Source of the DNA: an uncultured Chitinophagales bacterium
GTDB lineage: Bacteria > Bacteroidota > Bacteroidia > Chitinophagales > S012-47
Assembly: GCA_964422925.1 (NCBI GenBank)
Contig: CAYRDC010000013.1
Location: 4,334-68,333 of the forward strand
Length of the DNA stretch: 64,000 nt
Direction: 5' to 3'
Positions 21,242 to 30,876 of this stretch are shown here, piece after piece (position 1 is the stretch's first letter; every line of letters starts with the position of its first letter). Below the pieces are notes generated by a model. The model was not told the DNA's origin. It ran no database searches and saw only the letters and a program-made list of their open reading frames with translations. The translations under genes and the position numbers were made by a program.

Positions 21242-22162
21242 TTAAACTTCCATTAAAGCATCGATCAAGCCCATATACTCATCTTTCCGTTTCAGAATCA
21301 TAATCGGGAAAGTGGTATTCCTCCGGATGAGGCTCTCGGTAACACTGCCCAGCAACAGCACGCTGATGGCGCTTTGGCCCTTTGCCCCGATCAGGATAAT
21401 ATCGGCTTCCAGTTTGCGGGCTTCTTCCAGTATGGATTTGGAATAATGCTGGTCGTCCCGGATCCGGAACACCGGGTTTAGTTTCAGGTCACTCAACCCG
21501 TTTTTTGTAATGAATTTTTCATATTTCCTTTTGGCATGCCCGAGCATGATTTCCGCGAATTCTTCATAGCTTTTCCCGGAGGCATAATAGCCCGTGGGCA
21601 TCTGGCTGACATGCAGCACAAATAATTCCGCTTCCGGTTTATGTTCCAGCACGTTCCGGGCTTTTTCGAAAGCGAGCAGGCTGTATTCTGAAAAATCAAC
21701 AGGGATCAGGATTTTCTCCAACTTATGGGAAGGATGCTGGGGTACAATCAGGACAGCACAATGGGCTTTGCGCGCTAATTTTTCAGGTACCACTCCGGTG
21801 CCGTCTTCATCATCTTTTTTGCCCACCACTAACATATCCATATCCTCATCCCGGATAAGCCGGAGCATCTCTTTGACAGTACCGCCCTTCAGCACCCGGG
21901 TTTTTACCCGGACCCCCGCGGAATTATCAAAACCTTTCTTTACCGTTTTTTCCAGCAACTCCTTCACCGGCTCTTCATAGGATATCCCCAGCCCGTACAC
22001 CGGGGAATCGGGATCTCTTTCTATGTCAAACTTATACTCCGCATGAACAAACCAAACCTCTTCCACTTGTAAAGTCCGGGTCAGGTAAGCGGTATATTCC
22101 ATCAAAATCTGATCGTGGCTGGTAAAATCGAGCCCTACCATTACTTTCTTAATACGATACAT
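21242..22162 (-). CDS. Tandem-domain universal stress protein
   Basis: Two USP domains (VGLDF..., IPVDFS...), GAKG...LLGSVTESL. Confidence 0.88.
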   Translation of the reverse strand: MYRIKKVMVGLDFTSHDQILMEYTAYLTRTLQVEEVWFVHAEYKFDIERDPDSPVYGLGISYEEPVKELLEKTVKKGFDNSAGVRVKTRVLKGGTVKEMLRLIRDEDMDMLVVGKKDDEDGTGVVPEKLARKAHCAVLIVPQHPSHKLEKILIPVDFSEYSLLAFEKARNVLEHKPEAELFVLHVSQMPTGYYASGKSYEEFAEIMLGHAKRKYEKFITKNGLSDLKLNPVFRIRDDQHYSKSILEEARKLEADIILIGAKGQSAISVLLLGSVTESLIRRNTTFPIMILKRKDEYMGLIDALMEV

Positions 22163-22337
22163 AGCAGATAGTTCTTTGGGGCAATATTAAATACCCTGAC
22201 GCTAATAACAAATGACTGAAGCAAACATACTGTGGGCAAATAGGTCAGGCCGTCAAATAATTTTCCTGTAAATTCCGCTTAATGATTACATTAATTATGT
22301 AGATTAACTTTGCGTAACACTTTTACTTTGATAAGCA

Positions 22338-23018
22338 ATGGATGAGCAACATAAAATTCTGGTAGTGGATGATGAGCCTGACATTCTTCAGTTCATTCGT
22401 TATAATCTGGAAAAAGAAGGATACCATGTATTTGAGGCTGACAGCGGGGAAAAAGCCCTGGAGCTCGTGCGCAGCGAAGAGCCCGACCTGATATTGCTGG
22501 ATATAATGATGCCGGGACTGAATGGCATTGAAACCTGCCGCCTGATCCGCGAAAATGGAACCATACGCCAACCATTAATCGCATTCTTAAGCGCCCGTGG
22601 AGAAGAATTTACCCAGGTTGCCGGGTTCGATGCAGGCGCAGATGATTACATTACCAAGCCGATCAAACCGCGTTTGCTGGTCAGCCGCCTGAAAGCCTTG
22701 TTGAGGCGCAACCGGAAGACAGAATCAACCCGAACCCTGGAAACCTGCGGATTCTGTATAGACCGGGATGCCTATTTAGTACGGAAGGGAGACAATCAAT
22801 GGCATTTGCCGAGAAAAGAATTTGAATTGTTATACCTGCTTGCCTCGAGGCCCGGCCGCGTATTTACGCGGGATGAAATCATGCATCGCGTTTGGGGCGA
22901 TGAAGTCATCGTAGGCGAACGAACCCTGGATGTGCACATCCGCAGATTGCGGCAAAAACTGGGGAACGACCTGATAAAAACCGTGAAAGGAGTGGGTTAT
23001 AAACTGGAAGCCTCATGA
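22338..23018 (+). CDS. OmpR/PhoB-family response regulator (PhoB/PhoP-like)
   Basis: VVDDE, LLDIMMPG, GADDYITKP, RTLDVHIRRLRQKL, TVKGVGY. Confidence 0.92.
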   Translation: MDEQHKILVVDDEPDILQFIRYNLEKEGYHVFEADSGEKALELVRSEEPDLILLDIMMPGLNGIETCRLIRENGTIRQPLIAFLSARGEEFTQVAGFDAGADDYITKPIKPRLLVSRLKALLRRNRKTESTRTLETCGFCIDRDAYLVRKGDNQWHLPRKEFELLYLLASRPGRVFTRDEIMHRVWGDEVIVGERTLDVHIRRLRQKLGNDLIKTVKGVGYKLEAS

Positions 23019-24064
23019 AAAATCCGCGTCCCGGCCAGCTTGCTTTTTACGCGGCCGTAATCATAGCGTTGGTTACGGCTGCCGGACTGCTGATCGAATA
23101 TTACGCAACCGGACAGGTGCTGGCCTGGTGGATACCGGTCATTCTCCCTCTGGCTGTTTTGATTATTTCCTACGTGGTTTTTTTCCTGTTCCTGAAAGTT
23201 TTTATCTACCGGAAAGTAAAGTTGATTTACAAATACATTCATGAAACCAAAACAGGCCGCAACCCGGGCGAAAAGCCCGATTTACGCATGCCGGATATCA
23301 ATACTGTGGAAGCCGAAGTGAAGGAATGGGCTTCCAGCAAGCGGGAAGAATTGCAGCAACTCCGGGATACCGCCCGTTTCAGAAGGGAATTTATCGGCAA
23401 TGTTTCGCATGAACTGAAAACGCCCATTTTCAATATGCAGGGTTACCTCGAATCTTTGCTGGACGGAGGATTGCAGGATGAAAAAGTGAACCGGGATTTT
23501 TTGCGGAAAGCCCTGAAAAACCTGAACCGGATCGACCGTATTGTAAAAGACCTGGAAGTTATTTCTCAGCTCGAGGCAGGGGCCTTGGAACCGCGAAAAG
23601 TGCGGTTCAACATAACCAAACTGACGCGGGAAGTTTTTGAACTGCTGGAATATCAGGCCCGTTCGGGGCAGATTCAGCTGGAAATCAAGGAAGGCTGTGA
23701 CCAGCCGTTTTGGGTCATGGCAGACCCCGACCTGATCCGACAGGTGCTCGTGAATTTAATCATGAATTCAATTAACTATGCTACACCAGGCGAACCGGGT
23801 TTAACCAGGGTTGGGTTTTACGAAATGCACGATTATATCCTGGTGGAAGTTTCGGATCAGGGCATCGGCATCGCGCAGGAGCATTTACCGCGTTTGTTTG
23901 AACGGTTTTACCGAACGGATTCTGCCCGCTCGCGTAAAGTGGGAGGAACCGGACTCGGCCTGGCCATTGTGAAGCATATAGTGGAAGCGCACGGGCAAAC
24001 GGTGCATGTCCGGTCTTCGGAAGGAGTGGGTTCCACTTTTGGATTTACGCTGCAAAAAGCCTGA
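23015..24064 (+). CDS. PhoR-like sensor histidine kinase
   Basis: Two N-terminal TM segments, FIGNVSHELKTP H-box, FERFYRTD, GGTGLGLAIVKH. Confidence 0.9.
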   Translation: MKNPRPGQLAFYAAVIIALVTAAGLLIEYYATGQVLAWWIPVILPLAVLIISYVVFFLFLKVFIYRKVKLIYKYIHETKTGRNPGEKPDLRMPDINTVEAEVKEWASSKREELQQLRDTARFRREFIGNVSHELKTPIFNMQGYLESLLDGGLQDEKVNRDFLRKALKNLNRIDRIVKDLEVISQLEAGALEPRKVRFNITKLTREVFELLEYQARSGQIQLEIKEGCDQPFWVMADPDLIRQVLVNLIMNSINYATPGEPGLTRVGFYEMHDYILVEVSDQGIGIAQEHLPRLFERFYRTDSARSRKVGGTGLGLAIVKHIVEAHGQTVHVRSSEGVGSTFGFTLQKA

Positions 24065-24067
24065 ACG

Positions 24068-24905
24068 CTACCACCGCACCCGGCTGCCGGCATTAAGGGT
24101 GCTGCCGGCCCCGCTGTTGCGCCCCGCCAGAAATTTCGTAGCCAGTGTCTCCAGTTCCAGCACCCCGCCCAAGAAAACCTTTATGCCTCCGCCCGCCTGC
24201 AGGTAATATCCTTTAAACCCGCTCATCGTGGGGGCAAATTCCGCATTCACGTACAGAGCCATCCGGTTGTTGGGCAACAAGGTCAGAAATCCTTTCAACG
24301 CTCCGCCTGCCTGGAACGGAACGATGCCATTGGCCTCATTCCAGCGCACCAAAGCATCCATCCCGGCAAAACCCCAGATATTCCGGTGCACCGGAAAGGT
24401 AAACTGAAACTGCGTCCACCACAAAGACCCCTGGTATTCCAGGAAAGGATGGCTCCCGTCCCGGCCCTCCAGGTCGCGGGCTACCGGTATATAAAAAGTG
24501 CTCTGAACCGTAAACGGGGAATACCCCGGCCGGAGGGACCAGCGCAGCACCGGACCGATATGCGTAATGGCAGTACGGCTGTTGGCCGAATTGCCAAACC
24601 GGAAAATATTCCAAAAAGGAGCCGGCAGGGAATCCACCCGGACCGAACGGAACAGGCCTTCCACACCCACATTCCAGTTGGAACGGATCCCATAGGTGTA
24701 CCGGGCAAAAAGCGTAAGGTAATCAGACCGCACAGGCTGGGGTACCGCCTGGCCCTGTCCGTCAAAATAAGCAGTCTGCGTATACACATTCAGGAACAAG
24801 GATACTTCCGACATGCCCGCAAAGAGCGTTGCAGAAGGATCTATAAACAGCCAGTCTTCCGATTGAATGGAGGAAGACTCAATCCAGCTGTCTAGTTTTT
24901 TTTTT
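24068..24905 (-). CDS. Putative outer-membrane beta-barrel ORF lacking a signal peptide; probably expressed by a -1 shift from the DUF547 gene
   Basis: Amphipathic beta-strands and C-terminal Trp (…GSRVRW). The frame stays open upstream of Met 24814 through the A10 run to a TGA at 24922-24920, with no further ATG/GTG/TTG. Confidence 0.7.
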
Positions 24906-25617
24906 CGTTCAGACTCCAGTCATAGGTGTAATAAGTAATGGTAAAATCGGCTGGTATGGGATTATTCCGGTATTGGTTTATATACGACCTGATATCCATG
25001 CTTTGCGAGAGGAAATCGGCCTGGTACCATTCGAATATTTGCGAAATCTCTGCTTTTTTGCTTCCATAATCCAGCCGGATAAAGGAACTGCTATTGAGGG
25101 CTTTTCGGGTTCGCTGGTCCATTTGCGCGTTGAGATTTTCAGGCCGGAAGGCAAAATCAGCCAAAGGCGGGCATCCTTTTGCCCCGCAGACCAGCACAAA
25201 ATGCAACCTGGGGTCTTTGTACACGGCCAGCAGTTTTTGCTTTTCAATGATTTCAAGGCTTATCCTCTGACGGGCTACCGTATGGCTCTCGCTGGTGAAA
25301 ACATCGGGTATGTCGAGCGGGGATTTAACGGGATAATGCCCCACTATGGATTTGATCATGGTGAGGTTATAGGCATTGATCCAGAAAGCTTCGATTTCAG
25401 CGGCTGTCTTCCCCTGCAAATCAACGGCTGCCATCTCACCTATTAATTCATCCAGTTCATTGCGATGCTGTTTAACAGTCCGGTAATCCACCAGTCCGCC
25501 CGAAACATACTTTTGCAAAAAAGCATCGGCATCACTGAAAAAAGCATTAAGGTCCTGGGCATTCAGCGCGGAGAAAGACCACGCCAGCAGGCTTATCAGT
25601 AGAATGAATCGTTTCAT
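24892..25617 (-). CDS. DUF547 domain protein with signal peptide
   Basis: GLVDY, AFWINAYN, DPRLHFVLVCGAKGCPPL, SQIFEWY..DF, YDWSLN. Confidence 0.92.
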   Translation of the reverse strand: MKRFILLISLLAWSFSALNAQDLNAFFSDADAFLQKYVSGGLVDYRTVKQHRNELDELIGEMAAVDLQGKTAAEIEAFWINAYNLTMIKSIVGHYPVKSPLDIPDVFTSESHTVARQRISLEIIEKQKLLAVYKDPRLHFVLVCGAKGCPPLADFAFRPENLNAQMDQRTRKALNSSSFIRLDYGSKKAEISQIFEWYQADFLSQSMDIRSYINQYRNNPIPADFTITYYTYDWSLNEKKN

Positions 25618-25797
25618 AAGTTCCGGGATATAGATTCTGATTGGCTAATCTACTTCAAAAACAGGGCATTTATTAAAATCATTCATTAACTTGGATTATT
25701 CAGCGAATTTTTTTGGAAGCAATTTGCCTGAAATGTCCTGAATCCGACAGAATTTAGCTATAGGACATCTTTGTTTTGAACCTGAAAAAAGGGAATC

Positions 25798-27141
25798 ATG
25801 CATGTTGTCATTATCGGTAACGGCATTGCCGGAATTACGGCTGCCCGTTATATTCGCAAGTTAAGCGACCATGAGATCACTGTTATATCTGCTGAAACGG
25901 ACCACTTCTTTTCCCGCACAGCTTTGATGTATGTCTTTATGGGGCATATGCGTTTTGAAGACATCAAGCCCTATGAAGATTATTTCTGGAGGAAAAACCG
26001 CATTAACCTGTTGCGGGCCTGGGTGGAATCTGTTGACACGAATGTCAGGACAGTAACCACTTCCGCCAACCGGGTAATTCATTACGATGCCCTTTTGCTG
26101 GCCACCGGGTCGGCTTACAACAAATTCGGATGGCCGGGCCAGGACCTGGAAGGCGTACAGGGCCTGTACAGTTACCAGGATCTCGAACTGCTGGAACAAA
26201 ACGCAGCGCGGGCCCGCCAGGCCGTAATTGTGGGGGGCGGGCTGATCGGCATTGAACTGGGTGAAATGCTTCACTCAAGAGGCATTAAGGTTACTTTCCT
26301 GGTGCGTGAAAGCAGCTACTGGAACAACGTGCTGCCGCCTGAAGAATCGGAAATGGTAAGCCGCCATATCCTCGAACATCATTTCGACCTGCGGCTCGGG
26401 ACCGAATTAAAGGAAATCAAAGACGATGGCAGCGGGCACGTACAATCAGTGATTACCAGCCGGGGCGAAGAGATTCCCTGCCAGATCGTTGGCCTGACAG
26501 CCGGTGTCCACCCGAATATCACCCTGGCCCAATCAAGCGGAACCATTGAATGTGACCGGGGCATACTCGTGGACGAATACCTTTGCACCTCCGCCCCGGA
26601 TGTGTACGCTGCCGGTGATTGCGTTCAGCACCGGAATCCGCCTCCCGGCCACAAGCCCATCGAGCAGGTCTGGTACACGGGCAAGATCATGGGCCGGGCG
26701 GCAGCTCATACCATCTGTGGCACACCCAAAAAATATGAACCCGGCTTCTGGTTCAATTCAGCCAAATTTCTCGATATTGAATACCAGGTGTACGGAGAGG
26801 TGCCCAATACACCGGACACGGGCCTGTATTCGCTGTACTGGGAGCACCCCGATGGCAAAAAGAGCGTCCGGATCGTGTTTGACCCCTCAGACGGAAACAC
26901 GGTCCGCGGTTTTAACCTGATGGGAATCCGCTTCCGGCATGCCGTATGCGACCAATGGCTCCGGGAGAAATGGAATATCCATGAGGTAGTCCGCCACCTG
27001 GAAGCGGCCAATTTTGACCCGGAATTTTCCAAAAGGTACGAAAAGGAAATCCGGCAATTGCATAACCAGCGCTTCCCGGACCGGGCAGTAACCGGAGTGT
27101 CAAAAAAGTCTTGGAAATCAATGGTTTTCTCCTACCGATAA
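25798..27141 (+). CDS. NAD(P)/FAD-dependent oxidoreductase (pyridine nucleotide-disulfide family)
   Basis: GNGIAG, LATGS, VGGGLIGIE, TSAPDVYAAGD. Confidence 0.92.
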   Translation: MHVVIIGNGIAGITAARYIRKLSDHEITVISAETDHFFSRTALMYVFMGHMRFEDIKPYEDYFWRKNRINLLRAWVESVDTNVRTVTTSANRVIHYDALLLATGSAYNKFGWPGQDLEGVQGLYSYQDLELLEQNAARARQAVIVGGGLIGIELGEMLHSRGIKVTFLVRESSYWNNVLPPEESEMVSRHILEHHFDLRLGTELKEIKDDGSGHVQSVITSRGEEIPCQIVGLTAGVHPNITLAQSSGTIECDRGILVDEYLCTSAPDVYAAGDCVQHRNPPPGHKPIEQVWYTGKIMGRAAAHTICGTPKKYEPGFWFNSAKFLDIEYQVYGEVPNTPDTGLYSLYWEHPDGKKSVRIVFDPSDGNTVRGFNLMGIRFRHAVCDQWLREKWNIHEVVRHLEAANFDPEFSKRYEKEIRQLHNQRFPDRAVTGVSKKSWKSMVFSYR

Positions 27142-27153
27142 AATCCCTTGCTG

Positions 27154-28698
27154 ATGGAACAGTATGATATAAACATGTCTCTTACGCCTCCCTCGCGCAT
27201 GAGCGCTGGCGAACGGATCAGCCTGACGGTGGCCACCCTGGGTTTGCTGGGCATACTGGTCAGCTTCCTCGGAGCCGGACACAGCTACCTGATGCCTTTC
27301 CTGTTCGGGCTGGTGATGCTGGTGGTTGGCGGTGTATTGTACACTACCAAACGGCACCAGTATAAATCGCTGGCCGGGGTACTGTTCGCGGCCGGTATTA
27401 TTTCCTTGCTTTTCCTGAAGATTAAGCTTGAAATTCCGGCTGTTTACTTGGGTCCGGCAATTACGGTCTTTTTACTGGCAGGAGGGATTGCCTTTTTCTG
27501 GTTCCGTTTCGGAAGGGGCCCGGCCGGTATCCGGAATGATGGCATTTATCACAGCGAAGTCACCCGCAAAGGCGGTACTATCGCATGGTTTCTCGGCATC
27601 TTGTTTACTGGTTTTTACATTACCCTGTACTGGTTTCCTGAAAACCTCCACGGGCTGATTTACGCCACAGAACCCCTGTACCATGCCCTCACCGGGAAAT
27701 ATGCCATTTATTACGCGGAAGACGGATCAGTCACAGGGTATAACCAATGGTTCCTGTACGGACTTTTCTATACCCTGGCCGTCATCATAATGGGCACCCG
27801 GTTTATGTTCAAATACCGGCATAACCGTTACCAGCTGATCCGCACCGTTTCCGTCACCGTGGTCCAGTTGTTTATCGCCTTCCTGCTCCCTTCGTTCCTG
27901 GAAGCGCTGAACAACCAGGGCCAATCAGTGGAACCGTTTTATTTCAGCTATTTCTGGCCGCTCGACTATGACGCTTTGTTTCCGTCCTCGTTGTCTCATT
28001 ATGCCTATTCGCCCGGTATGTTTGGAAAATTCGTGTTTTACTGGATGATTATCGGGGCTTTTGTCGCGGTACCCGTTCTCACCTATTTGATTGGCAAGCG
28101 GTGGTATTGTTCATGGGTTTGCGGTTGTGGCGGGCTGGCAGAAACGGCAGGCGACCCGTTTCGCCATTTATCGGATAAATCGTTGAAAGCCTGGCGGATT
28201 GAGCGGATCAGCATTTATTCGGTATTGGTTCTCATTACCCTGATTACAGCACTGCTGCTGGTGAACTGGCGATGGCCGTTCATGGATGAGCAGCTGGCCC
28301 TGAGCCTGAAGAAAGGCTACGGGTTTGCCATCGGTTCCGTCTTCGCGGGGGTGGTAGGCACGGGCTTTTACCCTTTGCTGGGAAACCGGGTCTGGTGCCG
28401 GTTCGGATGCCCACAGGCGGCCATTCTCGGCATCATCCAGAAATACTTTTCCCGGTTCCGGATTACCACCAACGGGGCCCAGTGCATCAGCTGCGGCAAT
28501 TGCTCGACTTACTGCGAAATGGGCATAGACGTGAAATGGTACGCCCAGCGCGGGCAAAACATCGTCAGGGCCTCCTGCGTGGGCTGCGGGGTGTGTTCAG
28601 CGGTTTGCCCGAGGGGCGTGCTGAAGCTGGAAACCGGGCCTGTGGAAGGCCGCACCGAATTCACGCTGGACAGTGCAGCCATGAAATTCTACGCGTAG
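27154..28698 (+). CDS. Membrane polyferredoxin (NapH/NosR-like 4Fe-4S binding protein)
   Basis: About 10 TM segments; RWYCSWVCGCG, RVWCRFGCP, CISCGNCSTYCEM, CVGCGVCSAVCP. Confidence 0.9.
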   Translation: MEQYDINMSLTPPSRMSAGERISLTVATLGLLGILVSFLGAGHSYLMPFLFGLVMLVVGGVLYTTKRHQYKSLAGVLFAAGIISLLFLKIKLEIPAVYLGPAITVFLLAGGIAFFWFRFGRGPAGIRNDGIYHSEVTRKGGTIAWFLGILFTGFYITLYWFPENLHGLIYATEPLYHALTGKYAIYYAEDGSVTGYNQWFLYGLFYTLAVIIMGTRFMFKYRHNRYQLIRTVSVTVVQLFIAFLLPSFLEALNNQGQSVEPFYFSYFWPLDYDALFPSSLSHYAYSPGMFGKFVFYWMIIGAFVAVPVLTYLIGKRWYCSWVCGCGGLAETAGDPFRHLSDKSLKAWRIERISIYSVLVLITLITALLLVNWRWPFMDEQLALSLKKGYGFAIGSVFAGVVGTGFYPLLGNRVWCRFGCPQAAILGIIQKYFSRFRITTNGAQCISCGNCSTYCEMGIDVKWYAQRGQNIVRASCVGCGVCSAVCPRGVLKLETGPVEGRTEFTLDSAAMKFYA

Positions 28699-28700
28699 CC

Positions 28701-29390
28701 ATGAAGCCGAAAATAGTGGTCATTATCCCGGCCTTCAATGAAGAAAACGCGGTGGGTAAAGTGGTACGGGACATCCCCAAAGACTTTGTGGATGAAATCA
28801 TTGTAGTCAACAACAATTCCTCGGACAACACCGCTACTCAAGCCCGGAAAGCCGGGGCAACCGTTTTGGACGAACCCCGGCAGGGTTATGGTAATGCCTG
28901 CCTGAAAGGCCTGGAATATGCCGGCCAACTGAACCCTTTGCCGGACATCGTGGTTTTCCTCGATGCGGATTATTCGGATTATCCCGGAGAATTGCCGAAC
29001 GTGGTGCAACCCATCCTGGACGGGACCTGTGACCTCGTTATTGGCAGCCGGGCGCTTGGAAACCGGGAAAAAGGCGCTATGCTGCCCCACCAGGTATTCG
29101 GCAATAAACTGGCCACTACGCTGATCCACTGGTTTTACGGGGTGCGGTTTACAGACCTAGGGCCGTTCCGGGCCATACGCTATGAAAAACTGCAACTGCT
29201 GGGAATGAAAGACCGGACCTACGGCTGGACCGTGGAAATGCAGGTCAAAGCCGCCAAACACAAACTGAAATGCTGTGAAGTGCCGGTAACATACCGCAAA
29301 CGGATCGGCACTTCCAAGGTAACCGGGACCCTGAAAGGCACCCTCGGGGCAGGTTACAAAATCATTGGTACAATACTTCGTTATTTGTGA
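28701..29390 (+). CDS. GT2 glycosyltransferase (DPM/polyprenol-P-sugar synthase-like)
   Basis: IPAFNEE, GYGNAC, FLDADYS, IGSR, FTDLGPFRA; true start MKPK at 28701. Confidence 0.9.
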   Translation: MKPKIVVIIPAFNEENAVGKVVRDIPKDFVDEIIVVNNNSSDNTATQARKAGATVLDEPRQGYGNACLKGLEYAGQLNPLPDIVVFLDADYSDYPGELPNVVQPILDGTCDLVIGSRALGNREKGAMLPHQVFGNKLATTLIHWFYGVRFTDLGPFRAIRYEKLQLLGMKDRTYGWTVEMQVKAAKHKLKCCEVPVTYRKRIGTSKVTGTLKGTLGAGYKIIGTILRYL

Positions 29391-29400
29391 ATTTTGCCTT

Positions 29401-30876
29401 GTGAGCTCGATTATCCTGATTCTTTACATTTTAGCCATGACCGTTATCCTGCTGTACTGCCTGGCCGAACTGGGGCTGGGTTTTCAGTATTTCAGGGATA
29501 AAAGGCAGGCACTGAAACACCCCGAAACCACCCCGGCACTGAAGGAGTTTCCCATGGTAACCGTACAGCTGCCTTTGTACAACGAGTACTATGTGGTGGA
29601 GCGCCTGATAGATGCCATCATGGCCTTTGATTACCCGAAGGACAAACTTGAAGTGCAGGTGCTGGATGATTCAACGGATGAGTCGGTTGAAATAGCGGCC
29701 CGGAAAGTGGCTGAATACCGGGAAAAGGGGTATGACATCCGGCACATCAGGCGCGGGGAACGAACCGGGTTCAAGGCCGGTGCGTTGCAGTACGGGCTGG
29801 AGCAGGCAAACGGGGAATTCATCGCCATATTTGACGCGGATTTTATTCCCAAACCGGATTTCCTGAAACAAACGCTTCCGTGGTTCCGGGATGCAAAAAC
29901 CGGGATGGTGCAAACGCGCTGGGAGCACATCAATAAAAATTATTCGTTGCTCACGCGTCTGCAGGCCTTCGCGCTGGACCTGCACTTTACGGTGGAACAA
30001 AGGGGGCGGAACCATGCCGGGTTTTTCATCAATTTCAATGGAACGGCAGGCATCTGGCGCAAATCCTGCATTGAGAATGCCGGAGGCTGGAAAGCGGATA
30101 CTCTGACGGAGGACCTGGACTTAAGCTACCGGGCCCAGTTGAAAGGCTGGCGCTTTAAATACCTGGAGGGAGTGCCCAGCCCCGCTGAATTGCCCGTAGA
30201 AATGAACGCCCTGAAATCACAACAGTTCCGCTGGAACAAAGGCGGAGCCGAAACCGCCAAAAAAATGATCGGGAAAGTGTTCCGCAGCCGCCTGCCACTT
30301 AAAACCAAAATCTTTGCGGCTTCGCACCTGTTCAACAGCACCATCTACGTATTTATCCTTGTAGCCGCGCTGCTTAGCGTTCCGATGCTCATCATCAAGA
30401 ACATAGTGAGTACGGTTGATATTTATCGTTATATCTCCGGGTTCATTGTAGCCACCATTGCCATTGTCATTACATTCTTTATTTCCATCAGCTACAATGA
30501 AAAGTCCAGGCTAGGACGGCTGGTGAATTACGCCCTCATATTCCCGCTCTTCCTCTCGGTTTCCCTGGGTTTATCCCTGCATAACGGCCTCGCGGTGCTG
30601 AAAGGATATTTCGGGCAAAAAACGCCCTTTATCCGCACGCCTAAGTTCAACTTAGCCGATAAAAAAGCTGACTGGAAAGGGAATAAATACGTGAGGGCGC
30701 GCATCGGATGGCTGACCATACTGGAAGGAATTATTGCCATTTATTTTGTTGGAGGCATTCTGCTGGGGGTGCGGTACCATGATTATGGATTGATGCTTTT
30801 CCATGTGCTGGCGGCATTTGGCTTCGGCAGTGTTTTTTATTACTCACTTCGGCATACCTTTATGGCAAAAAAGTAA
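29401..30876 (+). CDS. Processive GT2 (cellulose synthase/CESA-like) glycosyltransferase
   Basis: DDSTD, KAG, FDADF, TED and QQFRW (QxxRW) motifs with TM segments; start estimated at GTG 29401. Confidence 0.9.
   Translation: MSSIILILYILAMTVILLYCLAELGLGFQYFRDKRQALKHPETTPALKEFPMVTVQLPLYNEYYVVERLIDAIMAFDYPKDKLEVQVLDDSTDESVEIAARKVAEYREKGYDIRHIRRGERTGFKAGALQYGLEQANGEFIAIFDADFIPKPDFLKQTLPWFRDAKTGMVQTRWEHINKNYSLLTRLQAFALDLHFTVEQRGRNHAGFFINFNGTAGIWRKSCIENAGGWKADTLTEDLDLSYRAQLKGWRFKYLEGVPSPAELPVEMNALKSQQFRWNKGGAETAKKMIGKVFRSRLPLKTKIFAASHLFNSTIYVFILVAALLSVPMLIIKNIVSTVDIYRYISGFIVATIAIVITFFISISYNEKSRLGRLVNYALIFPLFLSVSLGLSLHNGLAVLKGYFGQKTPFIRTPKFNLADKKADWKGNKYVRARIGWLTILEGIIAIYFVGGILLGVRYHDYGLMLFHVLAAFGFGSVFYYSLRHTFMAKK

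Noticed and set aside
22275-22322. Pho box upstream of the response regulator
   Set aside because: The TTAA(C/T) half-sites have irregular 10-13 bp spacing and overlap the -7 element.
24814-24925. Sec/TGA read-through or CTG start for the barrel ORF
   Set aside because: The upstream TGA lies inside the DUF547 coding region in another frame, and a CTG start would still leave no signal peptide. A frameshift explains the layout better.
28395-28700. N-terminal extension of the GT2 ORF in the ORF track
   Set aside because: It overlaps the 4Fe-4S gene, and GT2 homology begins at MKPK (28701).
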